From Macrostomum lignano (lineage: Eukaryota), in NCBI GenBank assembly GCA_002269645.1, contig NIVC01002708.1, positions 83,910-147,909 of the forward strand: DNA of 64,000 nt, in the 5' to 3' direction. Below the pieces are notes generated by a model. That model was not told where the DNA came from. It ran no database searches and worked only from the letters and a program-made list of their open reading frames with translations. Made by a program: the position numbers and the translations under genes. Of this stretch, positions 1-12,441 are shown one piece after another (position 1 is the stretch's first letter; each line of letters begins with the position of its first letter).

Positions 1-181
1 TGCCAGGGCCTGCACTGTCTTGCCTAGCAGTTTCTGAGTCCTTAACCAGGGTCTTGATTGCCAGTCTCAAGAACTTTAGGAACTATTTGGAGACAATTCA
101 AGATTTTCAAACTAGCAAAAATACCTAGTGAAATCTGAATTTGTAAAACTAACAAATGGATTTTTGGTTAACCAAGTAAGG

Positions 182-531
182 CCATACATGTGCAACCTTG
201 GGAATCAACCGGCCATTTCTATTGGCATCATACACATGTAAGTCGCTATTGGCTGTGTGTAGTCACCATGCTTGGGCGCAACCTTGAGATTCACTCAGCC
301 GTTTCTATTGGCAACGCACACACATAAGTTGCTATTGGACGGAATAGTAGTCACGTGACTGCTTTCAGCCAATAGCGACTTACATGTATGTGTTGCCAAT
401 AGAAACGGCCGGGTGATTCCCAAAGTTGCGCATGTATGGTAGTCACGTGACTACTATTCTATCCAATAGCAACTTACATATGTGTTGCCAATAGAAATGG
501 CTGGATGAATCCCTAGGTTGTGCCCAAGCAT
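182..531. promoter_or_regulatory. A-B-A'-B' inverted-repeat cassette with 8 CCAAT/ATTGG boxes and two GTCACGTGAC E-box palindromes
   Basis: 182-255 is an imperfect reverse complement of 366-439, and ~268-360 of 441-531. A and B also resemble each other. It lies 425 nt upstream of the PARP ATG. A regulatory role is inferred only. Confidence 0.55.
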
Positions 532-955
532 CGCTCTTTCACTCTGCTGCAAGGTGAACCTTAGGTGAAGGAGCCTACTAGATTTGGCACTTCTATGCAA
601 TCATAAATATACAGACTAGAAAAAATCTGTTTTATAAGCATCAGACCAGCAGCTAACTGATAAAAATCTCTGAATAAAAAACTTTGCTTATCTGAAAATG
701 CACAGTGGATGGAAAGCCAGATCATTTGACTTGTAGCTGAATATTTGCTGTTTTTTGATCAAGCCCCATTAGCAGAATTTAATTAGTTTGTAAAAAGAAA
801 TATGCTACAATCCTTCTAGTGAGAATGAAAATAATTTTTTATCTTTTAGATGAAATTATTTTGCCACATTTCAGAAGCAAACCTATCAAACAAAAGGAAC
901 TTGACAAAATAAAAACTAGTTTAAAAAGAGTTCTTTGGTGGAATTTAAGCCAGCA

Positions 956-3900
956 ATGTCGAAGCGGAACAAGACTCCGCTGAAGAGATTCGGTTATGAT
1001 GATGCTGTAGAGGAGGCTGCGCCAGTGAAGAAGAAGCGGCCAAGCCAGAGTGGCGGCGCCGGCGCATCGGCCAGAGCGGAGATGAAGCCGGCCATCTACA
1101 GCAAAGGCGATTTTGTTGCCGTGAAATCTGATGGCGGTAAGCTGGCATAGAATAGCCATTCATGTATTGTATCAGCTGAAATGTTTTTTTTAACTTCTTG
1201 TCCAGTCTTTTGATTCCATCAAATACAATAGCTGCTCTCAACACCGAATAACTGAAACAGTGGACAAGAGGTTCTTCTCTCCTCATGTAGAATTTCTCGC
1301 CTCGTATCAGTCTTGAATGTTACAGAATCTGAGAATGAGCAGCAAAATTAATTTTTTTTCTTATATTTCACTACAAAGGTTTGCTACTGATTTGCTATCA
1401 GTTCTTGTGCTAGTCAGTTAACTAGTTAGTTATTTAGTTAGCTGGTCAGTTAGTTAGGTAGTTGCTTAGTTAGTTAGTTGCTTGGTTAGTTAGGTAGTTA
1501 GTTTGTTAGTTAGTTAGGTAGGTAGGTAGGTATGTAGGTATATAGGTAGTCAGTCAGTCAGTCAGTCAGTCAGTCAGTCAGTCAGTCAGTCAGTCAGTCA
1601 GTCAGTCAGTCAGTCAGTCAGTCAGTCAGTCAGTCAGTCAGTCAGTCAGTCAGCCAGTCAGTCAGGCAGTCAGTCAGTCAGTCAGTCAGTCAGTCAGTCA
1701 GTCAGTCAGTCAGTCAGTCAGGCAGTCAGTCAGTCAGTCAGTCAGTCAGTCAGCCAGCCAGCCAGGCAGTCAGGCAGTCAGTCAGTCAGTCAGTCAGTTA
1801 GTGTGCTTCATTAGCACTCAGCTCCTCTGCATGCGGTAGAATAGCGCATGATAAACGCGCCAACGCTTATTCATCTCATCCAAACCTTTGCCTGGACAGT
1901 CGAAGAAGACTTTTTCGTTGGCCTACTGGAAGAGGCGCTGCTGTCAAACGATCAAACTGTCGGCGTATTCTGGCTAAAAACCAAAGATGGCGTCAATTAC
2001 GAGTGGGAATTTCGCGACTCAGTCAATGCTAGGGCGATTATAACGCGCATCAAAGTAAGCTTCAGTGCAAACTAGCAATCAGCGACCCCCGTTGGGGAGC
2101 CAAAAAATAATGGAATACAATTTTTTAATAATCTACATGTTGCTTCTGACCTCAGCCTCGACATCTCAGCAATCCCCCGTGAGCCTTGAGATCTCAGCAA
2201 TTCCCCCGTGAGCCTTGACATCTCAGCAATTCCCCCCGTGAGCCTTGACATCTCAGCAATTCCCCCAGTGAGCCTTGACATCTCAGCAATTCCCTCCGTG
2301 AGCCTTGACATCTCAGCAATTCCCTCCGTGAGCCTTGGCATCTCAGCAATTCCCCCCGTGAGCCTTGGCATCTCAGCAATTCCCCCCCCCGTGAGCCTTG
2401 GCATCTCAGCAATTCCCCCCCGTGAGCCTTGGCATCTCAGCAATTCCCCCCGTGAGCCTTGACATCTCAGCAATTCCCCCCGTGAGCCTTGGCATCTCAG
2501 CAATTCCCCCCGTGAGCCTTGACATCTCAGAAATTCCCTCCGTGAGCCTTGAGATCTCAGCGATTCCCCTCGTAAGCTTGTGTCTACCGATATGTTTCCA
2601 AAATAACTCAAATCCTCTCCCTCCTTCACCCATCCAGCTGCGCAAGCTGAGCAAGAATAAATTTCGCCTCGCCGCCAAGACCAAGTCCTTCATCTTGGAG
2701 AACGTAAAACGCTGCCAGAGCGGCCAGGATCCTTTCGAGTTTCACAGCGAAGATGAAGATGGCGACGATGGCGAAGAAGCCCCAGAGGAGGCCATGGACG
2801 CCGAGGATGAAAGCGACAATGAGCACTCCAGCGCCGACACGGTTGACGTTGAGCCGAAGCCGGCATCTAAGCCTAAAGTGACAGCAACGCCGAAAGCAAA
2901 AGCGGCAGTGAAAACTGCTGACAAAAGGCGTCGAACAACGTCGGCATCGGCAACTGCAGCGTCCGACAGTGCAGCCGGCGAGGCGGCCGGCGCATCCTCT
3001 TCTGGCGCCGGCGCGTCGCCCAAGCCGCAGCAGCAGCGCAGGCCGGCGCTAAAGAAGACGGCTACCCAGCGCGAGCGGGAGAAGCAGCAGCGCGAGGCAA
3101 AGAAAGTCGAGCGCGAAGAGAAAAAGCAGGAAAGAGAAGAGAAAAAGCAGGAAAAAGAGGCGGAGCGGCAGAAGAAGCGCGAAGAACGGGAAGAACGGCT
3201 GGGCAAGTGGACTCTGCAGCCGAGACCGTCGGTTGTGGTTCTGGATACTGACCCGTTCTTCTCCGCTGCTAGCCTGTGAGATTTAATTCGAATATTGCTC
3301 ATTTACGAGTATTAACAAAAAAGATTCGGTTCCGATTTCGTGGCCGTTCTCAGAGGGGGGGGGGCTACTCCCCCTCAAGCTCGATTTTTCCTATTTCTAA
3401 GACCACTTGCTTGTGCCCTCTTTTTTCCAGCAACGATGTTCCCTTCGTATCGCCTTTGAACTACAGCAAACTGTTTATCACGGCTGCGCTGACTAACAAC
3501 ATGACTATGCTGAACGAATTGTTTGCTCAGCCGGAGAAGGCGCCAGCCGTAAGTTTTAGAGTATTTTCATCAATTTAATACGGTATTTGATTTACTCATT
3601 CAAAGAGATTCAATTTAGACTACTGAGAAAAGTAGACAAGTAAGGATTTAATTGCTAAAATCTCTTACATAATCCGAAAAATTTCGCCATAAAAGAAACG
3701 TGGGAGAGGCTGTAGCATGAGTGTAGCTGACTGAGTGACAAAGGCAAAACAAGCCAGACGGCTCCCACTTTTAGTGTGTCATTCTTATCGTTTTTTATCT
3801 GGTGTCATTAATCTTAGCTTACTTTGTCAATCGTTAACGACTGCTTCGGAGGTGTGAATCAAGCAAGCCTATTCAGCTGCGTACTAACCGCTGCAAACTA

Positions 3901-6900
3901 TGCTTAACTTGCAGTGCTAGTCGGTGACTGTGCTGGTCTACTCGGCAAACACTCTTATAGTGTTTAAATACATAAACAATATCTTGGATATGATTTCTCT
4001 TTTTGTGCTACTCATAGTAGACTAGATAGTAAGCTTAGAAAAATCAGCCGTTATTTACTGCAGGTGTTCATTCAGCGATCCGTTGCTCTGCGCCAGAACG
4101 CACTCTCAGTCGCTATTGAATCCAACAACGTCGCTATGCTGCGCGTCATATTTGAAGAGGCCAATAAAAGTTCAGCGAAGCGAACTGCCACAATTGAAAA
4201 CTTGAGCACCTGCGACATCAGCCTGGAGACTGGAGTTTATAATCCTCATTCGCTCGGCCTGGCCAGAATCCGCCGCATCAATGTTAGCCGCGGCTCTCGC
4301 GAAGGTAACAATGCCCTGACAAAGGACGCCAACCGGGCCGCCGGGCCGCTGTGCCACCCGACTAGCGCTTGGCGGCCGGCGATTAACATGGCTATCAATG
4401 CGAGCAGCGTTACCATGGCTACGGTGGATACGGTTTTCAGTCTGGCCGGAATGCAGGGCAATGTGAGTGCGAATGCTTCAAATGGGATCTAAGACAAGCA
4501 GTCAGACACAGGTCTTAAAACTGACTGGCAGTTTAAGATACTAAGGACATACACACGACAGACAATGAGACACTAAAGACATGCAAATGGACACTGGACA
4601 GACATTAAGAACATGCCGCAGGATAGAAAAGGCACATGCGCACGGATGGACACTAAGACACTAAGTACATGCACACGGACAGGCTAAGACACTAAGGACA
4701 TGCACATGGACAGATACTAAGACACTAAGTACATACACACGGACAGACAAAGATAGACAGACAGTTTTATCTAATACAGGTAAAAAGGGAGATAGATCTG
4801 CGGTATAAGCAACCTGCACTAGTCCAATACAATTCTGCAGTTGTCGCCACTCCCAGCCGCCTTAACCCTCGCCCCTTCGGCCCCGCAGTTTAAGTACAAC
4901 TCCCTATTCGACAAAGTCTACCTGATACTCCGCCGCGGCAACCGAGGCTTGGCCAGCGCTCTGGTAGACGAGATGCTCAAACAGCCGATGCAGAACGGCG
5001 GCTTCGGCTCGCTGCACGGCAAAGCTCTGCGGGCCAATAAGCCGGAAGATCTTGGAAAATTTCGCGCGATATCCATATCCAAGAGCGCTTTTACTAATAA
5101 GAAGGTGAGACTTTAGCTCAGTTTAGTTCAGTAGAGCATTGTGTGAAAGATTCAATTTAGACTACTGAGAAAAGTAGACAAATGAAGATTTAAATTGTAA
5201 AATCTCCCACACCGGTCGAAAAATGTCGCCATAAAAGATATCAAAGCACGAAAGAGTGCACACCGATAGCAGAGGGACTCCCACTTTTAGTGTGTCTGGC
5301 CCCGTTGCCCCCCTCCTCCCCCGGCTTACTACTGCCTGGTACTATAGATAGTGTACTATTTAACTCCAGGTGACGCCGCTGCACTGCGCCGCAATCAATC
5401 CGAACCGAGCCATCCTGGACAGCCTGTTGAACATATTCCCCGATTTCACTGTCGCCGACGAGCACGGCTGGAAGCTGATCCATTACGCTTCGGCCAATAG
5501 CAAGCCCGACTGTCTGGCCATGCTTCTAGACCGCGGCGTGTCAATCTACGAAGTATCTCGGGACGGCATTCTGGCCCTGCATGTGGCCGCCAAATGCGGC
5601 CGGTTCGACTCTGTCCGCCTGCTGCTGGCCGAGGCGCTCAAGCAGAGGCGAAAACGCGATGCCGAATCCGCCGCCGCCGCCTCTGCTCAGCGGAAAACTA
5701 ACAATACTACTAATAATAGTAGCGGCAATAATGATGAAGACGACTCCGCAATGGCGACGGCATCTTCAACGATGCTGGGAGACGGTGATGCTGCTACCGC
5801 GGCCGATGCTGCGAAATCTGCAGCGGCCGCCGCCGACTCTGACGAGGACGAGGCCGTGGAGGACAGCGCCCAGTTGTCCGAGCAGCGCTGGGGCCTGGCC
5901 GGTATTAATCGGCCAAATCGGCTGTCGCATACGCCGCTGCATTTGGCCGCCATGGGCGGGCACGCCTCCGTGCTGCGGGTGTTTGTTGAGTTCAAGGATA
6001 GCATTGGTGAGACTCAAATCTTCACGAGCTCGAATCTTCATGAGCTCGAATATTCACGAACTCGAATCTTCTTCACGAGCTCGAATCTTAAAGAACTCGA
6101 ATCTTCACGAGCTCGAATCTTCACGAGCTCGAATCTTCATGAGCTCGAATCTTCACGAACTCGAATCTCCATGAGCTCGAAACTTCACGAGCTCGAATAT
6201 TCACGAACTCGAATCTTCTTCACGAGCTCGAATCTTAAAGAACTCGAATCTTCACGAGCTCGAATCTTCATGAGCTCGAATCCTCACGAGCTCGAATCTT
6301 CACGAGCTCGAATCTTCACGAGCTCGAATCTTAAAGAACTCTAATCTTCACGAGCTCAAATCTTCATGAGCTCGAATCTTCTAAAGAATCGCCATTGCTG
6401 GTCAGTTTCCACGAGCTTCCAAATCTGATCTTGCTTCAATTTTCAAGCTTATTAATAGCTGGAATTAGCTAAGAAAAATCAAACCTGTGCATCCATTTCT
6501 TGCGCAGGCCTATCAGTCGATTTGGCCACCTCCGCTGGTCGCAACAAGATGACCGCCCTCCACTTGGCTAGCGAGGCTGGCCATCTTGACTGCGTCAGGC
6601 TGTTGGTTGAACAGCTGAGAGCGGACACGGAATGTCAGGACCGGCTGCGCAGGACTCCAATTACTCACGCCGTGCTCAATGGCCATTCTCAGGTCTGGCT
6701 ATAAGGGCTACTGTTTCTAGAGGGCTAGTGGTCAAATTTGGCAAAAAGATACGAAAATTAGAGGGTGAAAGATGGAGATTAGAGAGGTCGATAGGGAGAG
6801 ATGGAGATTATAGAGGCCGATAGGGAGAGACGGAGATTAGAGAGGCTGATAGGGAGAGACGGAGATTAGAGAGGCCGATAGGGAGAGACGGAGATTAGAG

Positions 6901-9900
6901 AGGCCGATAGGGAGAGACTAAAATTAGAGAGGGAAAGAGACGGAGATTAGAGAGGCCGATAGGGAGAGACTAAAATTAGAGAGGGAAAGAGACGGAGATT
7001 AGAGAGGCCGATAGGGAGAGACGGAGATTAGAGAGGCTGATAGGGAGAGACGGAGATTAGAGAGGCCGATAAGGAGAGACGGAGATTAGAGAGGCCGATA
7101 GGGAGAGACGGAGATTAGAGAGGGAAAGAGACGGAGATTATAGAGGCCGATAGGGAGAGACTAAAATTAGAAAGGGAAAGAGACGAATATTATAGAGGCC
7201 GATAGGGAGAGACTAAAATTGGAGAGGGAAAGAGACGAATATTATAGAGGCCGATAGGGAGAGACTAAAGAGGCCGATAGGGAGAGACTAAAATTAGAGA
7301 GGGAAAGAGACGGATATTATAGAGGCCGATAGGGAGAGACTAAAATTAGAGAGGGAAAGAGACGAATATTATAGAGGCCGATAGGGAGAGACTAAAATTA
7401 GAGAGGGAAAGAGACGGAGATTAGAGAGGCCAATAGGGAGAGACGGAGATTAGAGAGGCCGATAAGGAGAGACGGAGATTAGAGAGGCCGATAGGGAGAG
7501 ACGGAGATTAGAGAGGCCGATAGGGAGAGACGTAGATTAGAGAGGCCAAAGGGGGTAGTCGTAGATTAGAGAGGCCAAAGGGGGTAGTCGTAGATTAGAG
7601 AGGCCAAAGGGGGTAGTCGTAGATTAGAGGCCAAAGGGGGGTGACGGAGATTAGAGACCGAAAGGTAAGAAGAGCCGCATGTCTAGAATGAGTTGTTTTT
7701 GAGTATTGAGTATTTCTTCCCGCAGACTAGCAGTTAGATGTGCTCAAATTCCATGTAAAAATCCCAACAAACCAGTGAGCAATTCCTCACCCCCTCCCAG
7801 GTGGCGGCCTACCTGCTGACCCGCGGCGCCAATCCCAACAGGCGCGACAGCTCCGGCAACACCCTGCTGCACTACGCTGCCGCATACGGCTGGTATCACT
7901 GCGTCCGCCTGCTGCTTGAGCACGGAGCCAAGCCTGGCTGTCTAAACGACTGGAAACTGTCCCCGCTAGCCATCGTGTTCCTCAAAGGCCACATGGGCCT
8001 GGTGCCGTTAATTGTTAAACAGCCCGGCGTTGATATTGACGCTGTTGACGATAGCGGCCGGAGCCTACTGTTTATGGCCTGTTCCAGCCGGCTGTCCGAG
8101 TCGCTTTGTAAACAGGTGCGCCATCTGGTTGAAGATATGGGCGCCTCGGTTACCCTCACTGACGCTGATGGTAACACGCCGTTGCACCTGTTGGCTGCTA
8201 ATCAGCCGCGTACTGAGGTGAGTTATAATTATTCGCTTTTTAGTTTTTTACTAGAAGGCGAGGTTCAAACCCTTAAAGCTTTTGATAACTGAAATTCCTC
8301 TTGAAGCTTTTTTGATAACTTAAAAATTCCCCTTGAAGCTTTTGATAACTGAAATTCCTCTTGAAGCTTTTTTGATAACTTAAAAATTCCCCTTGAAGCT
8401 TTTGATAACTGAAATTCCCCTTGAAACTTTTGATAACTGAAATTCCCCTTGAAGCTTTTTGATAACAAATTCCCCTTACAGCCTTGATCACTCGAAATTT
8501 CACCTTCTCAGCATTGCAATTCACAGTGAAGCAGTATAGTGAAGTAGTGCTTCACCCTATCCTGCCTACAATTTCTAGCAAGCCGAAGACTCGGCCGAAC
8601 GGTCCGCACTGGCCGTCTGCGATCTGCTGCTGAGCCGCGGCTGCGACCCCGACCGGGCCAACCAGGCCGGCCTCCGACCGCTTGACGTGGCCCTGTTGAA
8701 TCACAATTTCACTTTGTTAAAGCGGCTAGCCAATCACAGTAGTGGAGCTTCGGCTAAGCCCCGCCTAGCCGACTGGTGCGAGGACGATACGGAGGAGACC
8801 ACCCTGCATAAGCTGGCCGATCAGTGCGTTGAGCACGACTTCTCTAGCGTTCTGACGGAGTTAATCAAACTGGTAAGATTTATTATTGACGACTGGTATT
8901 GCTTCTTGGATACTGATTGGCTTTGTCCTTCAGTGGGATGCTTCCTTGGTCCTTCCTTCAGTGGGATGCTTCCTTGGTCGTTCAATGGGATGCTTCCTTG
9001 GTCGTTCAATGGGATGCTTCCTTGGTCCTTCAGTGGGATGCTTCCTTGGTCGTTCAATGGGATGCTTCCTTCGTCCTTCCTTCAGTGGGGTGCTTCCTTG
9101 GTCCTTCAGTGGGGTGCTTCCTTGGTCGTTCAATGGGATGCTTCCTTCGTCCTTCCTTCAGTGGGGTGCTTCCTTGATCCTTCAGTGGGGTGCTTCCTTG
9201 GTCCTTCAGTGGGGTGCTTCCTTGGTCCTTCAGTGGGATGCTTCCTTGGTCGTTCAATGGGATGCTTCCTTGGTCCTTCCTTCAGTGGGGTGCTTCCTTG
9301 GTCCTTCAGTGGGGTGCTTCCTTGGTCCTTCAGTGGGATGCTTCCTTGGTCCTTCCTTCAGTGGGGTGCTTCCTTGGTCCTTCAGTGGGGTGCTTCCTTG
9401 GTCCTTCAGTGGGGTGCTTCCTTGGTCCTTCATTGGGGTGCTTCCTTGGTCTTTCCTTCAGTGGGGTGCTTCCTTGGTCTTTCCTTCAGTGGGGTGCTTC
9501 CTTGGTCTTTTCTTCAGTGGGGTGCTTCCTTTAAGTGTGGTGCTTCCTTGATCCTTCAGTGGGGTGTTAAGTGAGCAGTGACTCTCAGAGCGTCCAGTTG
9601 CACTCCAATGCCCCGCCCCGCAGCCGGAGAACCGTGAACTACTGCAGCGCATGGTGAACCAGCGAGACGCCAAGCGAGGCTACACCTGCTTAATTGCAGC
9701 CCTGCTAAAGTACCTCAATGTGTTTGTTGCGCCGCGAAACTCTGCCGAAAATAAGGTAGTTAATTCTGCGTATTTTCAAGTCATTCACTTCAAATTTAAT
9801 AAATTTTTATAATCGCTTTCTCACCTCGCCTCTCATGCAGCTGTCAATGTCAAACTGCGGTCTGAAGTTTATCAAACTGCTGTTGGAGCTCGGAGCCGAT

Positions 9901-11977
9901 CCTGGCATCGCGGTGAAACCGGAGAACTACAAACCTGCCGCTGGTGTGTTCTCAAATATATCAGTGCATCTTCAGTGTCTATCTTCATAGTTTCCTTGCT
10001 TCCTCACCTAGCTCCATTCGTTCTTGGATCTGTTTGATTATCAGTAATTGCATATTTTTGCACGCTTCTCTGACACCCAGCTGTACAAATCTCTGACACT
10101 CAGCTGTACAAATCTCTGACACACAGCTGTACAAATCTCTGACACAGCTGTACAAATCTCTGACACTCAGCTGTACAAATCTCTGACACCAAACTGTACA
10201 AATCTCTGACACCAAACTGTACAAATCTCTGACACCTAGCTGTACAAATCTCTGACACCCAGCTGTACAAATCTCTGACACCCAGCTGTACAAATCTCTG
10301 ACACCCAGCTGTACAAATCTCTGACACCCAGCTGTACAAATCTCTGACACCCAGCTGTACAAATCTCTGACACCTAGCTGTACAAATCTCTGACACCCCT
10401 CGCCCATCAGCCAACAGATTCTCCGCCCCTCGCCGCGGCCGCTCCGCCTGCTACTCGTCGGCCTTCCTGGCCGATCGCCGGGGCGCCAGGGCTCCCCTAT
10501 CGCCTGGCGACACCGCCCTGCTGGTTGCCGGCACGGCCGCTAAATACGATTCCGGCCGATGCCTGGAAGCCGTGCTGGCCCGGCCATCGGCCTCCATAGC
10601 CGCTCTGAACGCCTATCAGAGCTCCGGCCGGACTGTCCTACAGGAGCTGGTGCTGGCCCGCCATCTGGAGCCGGCTGTCCGAATCCTGGTGCGCTCAGGA
10701 GCCGATGTTAGCGCCCCGTCGCGTAGCGTGACCGACCGCGGCGAGACCTGCCTGATGTCGGCTGTGCGTCTGCTGCACTCGGAGCAGCCGGCCGATGATG
10801 CTTCTGAGCATCAGCCGGTGCTGGCCACGGTGAAGCTCCTGCTAGAGAACGGAGCTCCACTGAGCGCCGCCGAGGACCGACTTGGCAACACGGCGCTGCA
10901 CCTGTTGGCCTGCTCGCCTAAACGGACACTCGAGCTGGAATCTGTGCTGGACGAACTGCTTCGGCATGCCAGTCCGGATTTGGTTAATGCGGCCAATGGT
11001 CAGGGCCGGACTGCGCTGCATCTGGCTGTGAACTATTCTCACCTGTCTGGTAAGGGTGCTGTTTTCCTAGAACTATTCTCACCTGTCTGGTTAGGGTGCT
11101 GTTTTCCTAGAACTATTCTCACCTGTCTGGTAAGGGTGCTGTTTTCCTAGAACTATTCTCACCTGTCTGGTAAGGGTGCTGTTTTCCTAGAACTATTCTC
11201 ACCTGTCTGGTAAGGGTGCTGTTTTCCTAGAACTATTCTCATCTGCGACTTTTGTATAGCTCCCTTATAATTCAGGTCAATATTAACTCAAATTTCAGTG
11301 CACCTTCTAATATCTCAAATATAAATAATATCACCATAAAATTCATAATTCCCATAATTCCCTAGGCAACTCATCCACGGAGGTGGAGGACCGCCTCCTC
11401 GGAGCGGGCGCGGATCCCACAGTCTTGGACTGCCGCAGCCGCACGGCTCTGCACTACGCATTTGTGAAGATTGGGCAGCACGACCAGACGGCTCACATCG
11501 ATCCCATCCAGGTGGTGTCCACCCTGTGCGCCGAGACCAATGTTGGGCACATGGACCGGTCCGACAGATGGGGCGCCACGCCTATGCACTATGCGGCTGT
11601 GCGAGGCTCCGCAGTGTCCATTGTGTTTATGAATGAGGTGACTGAGTGCATTGTTATTGTACTATAATAATAATACTAGTGTGTTTTAATGACTCACCTT
11701 CTACTGTGTTCAATTTGTATTGCAGCTTGGCATCAAGACTGACACGGCCAGGGCTGATGGCAACACGCCGCTGACGCTGGCAGCCATGTCCGGCCATCAG
11801 AAGTGAGCAGATTCTGTTGCATCTTATGTCTGTCTGTCTGCCTGCCTGCCTGTCTGCCTGTCTGTCTGCCTGTCTGTCTGTCTGCCTGTCTCTGTGTGTC
11901 TGTCTGTCTGTCTGTCTTTCTGTTTGTCTTTCTGTCTATCTGTCTGTCTGTCTGTCTGCCTGCCTGCCTGTCTGTCC

Positions 11978-12049
<72 letters not shown>

Positions 12050-12050
12050 T

Positions 12051-12094
<44 letters not shown>

Positions 12095-12143
12095 CCTGTC
12101 TGTCTGTCTGCCTGTCTGTCTGTGTCTGTCTGTCTGTCTGTCC

Positions 12144-12199
<56 letters not shown>

Positions 12200-12200
12200 T

Positions 12201-12244
<44 letters not shown>

Positions 12245-12272
12245 CCTGTCTGTCTGTCTGCCTGTCTGTCTG

Positions 12273-12333
<61 letters not shown>

Positions 12334-12405
12334 TTCTGTTTGTCTTTCTGTCTATCTGTCTGTCTGTCTGTCTGTCTGCCTGCCTGCCTGTCTGTCCGTC
12401 TGTCC

Positions 12406-12441
<36 letters not shown>

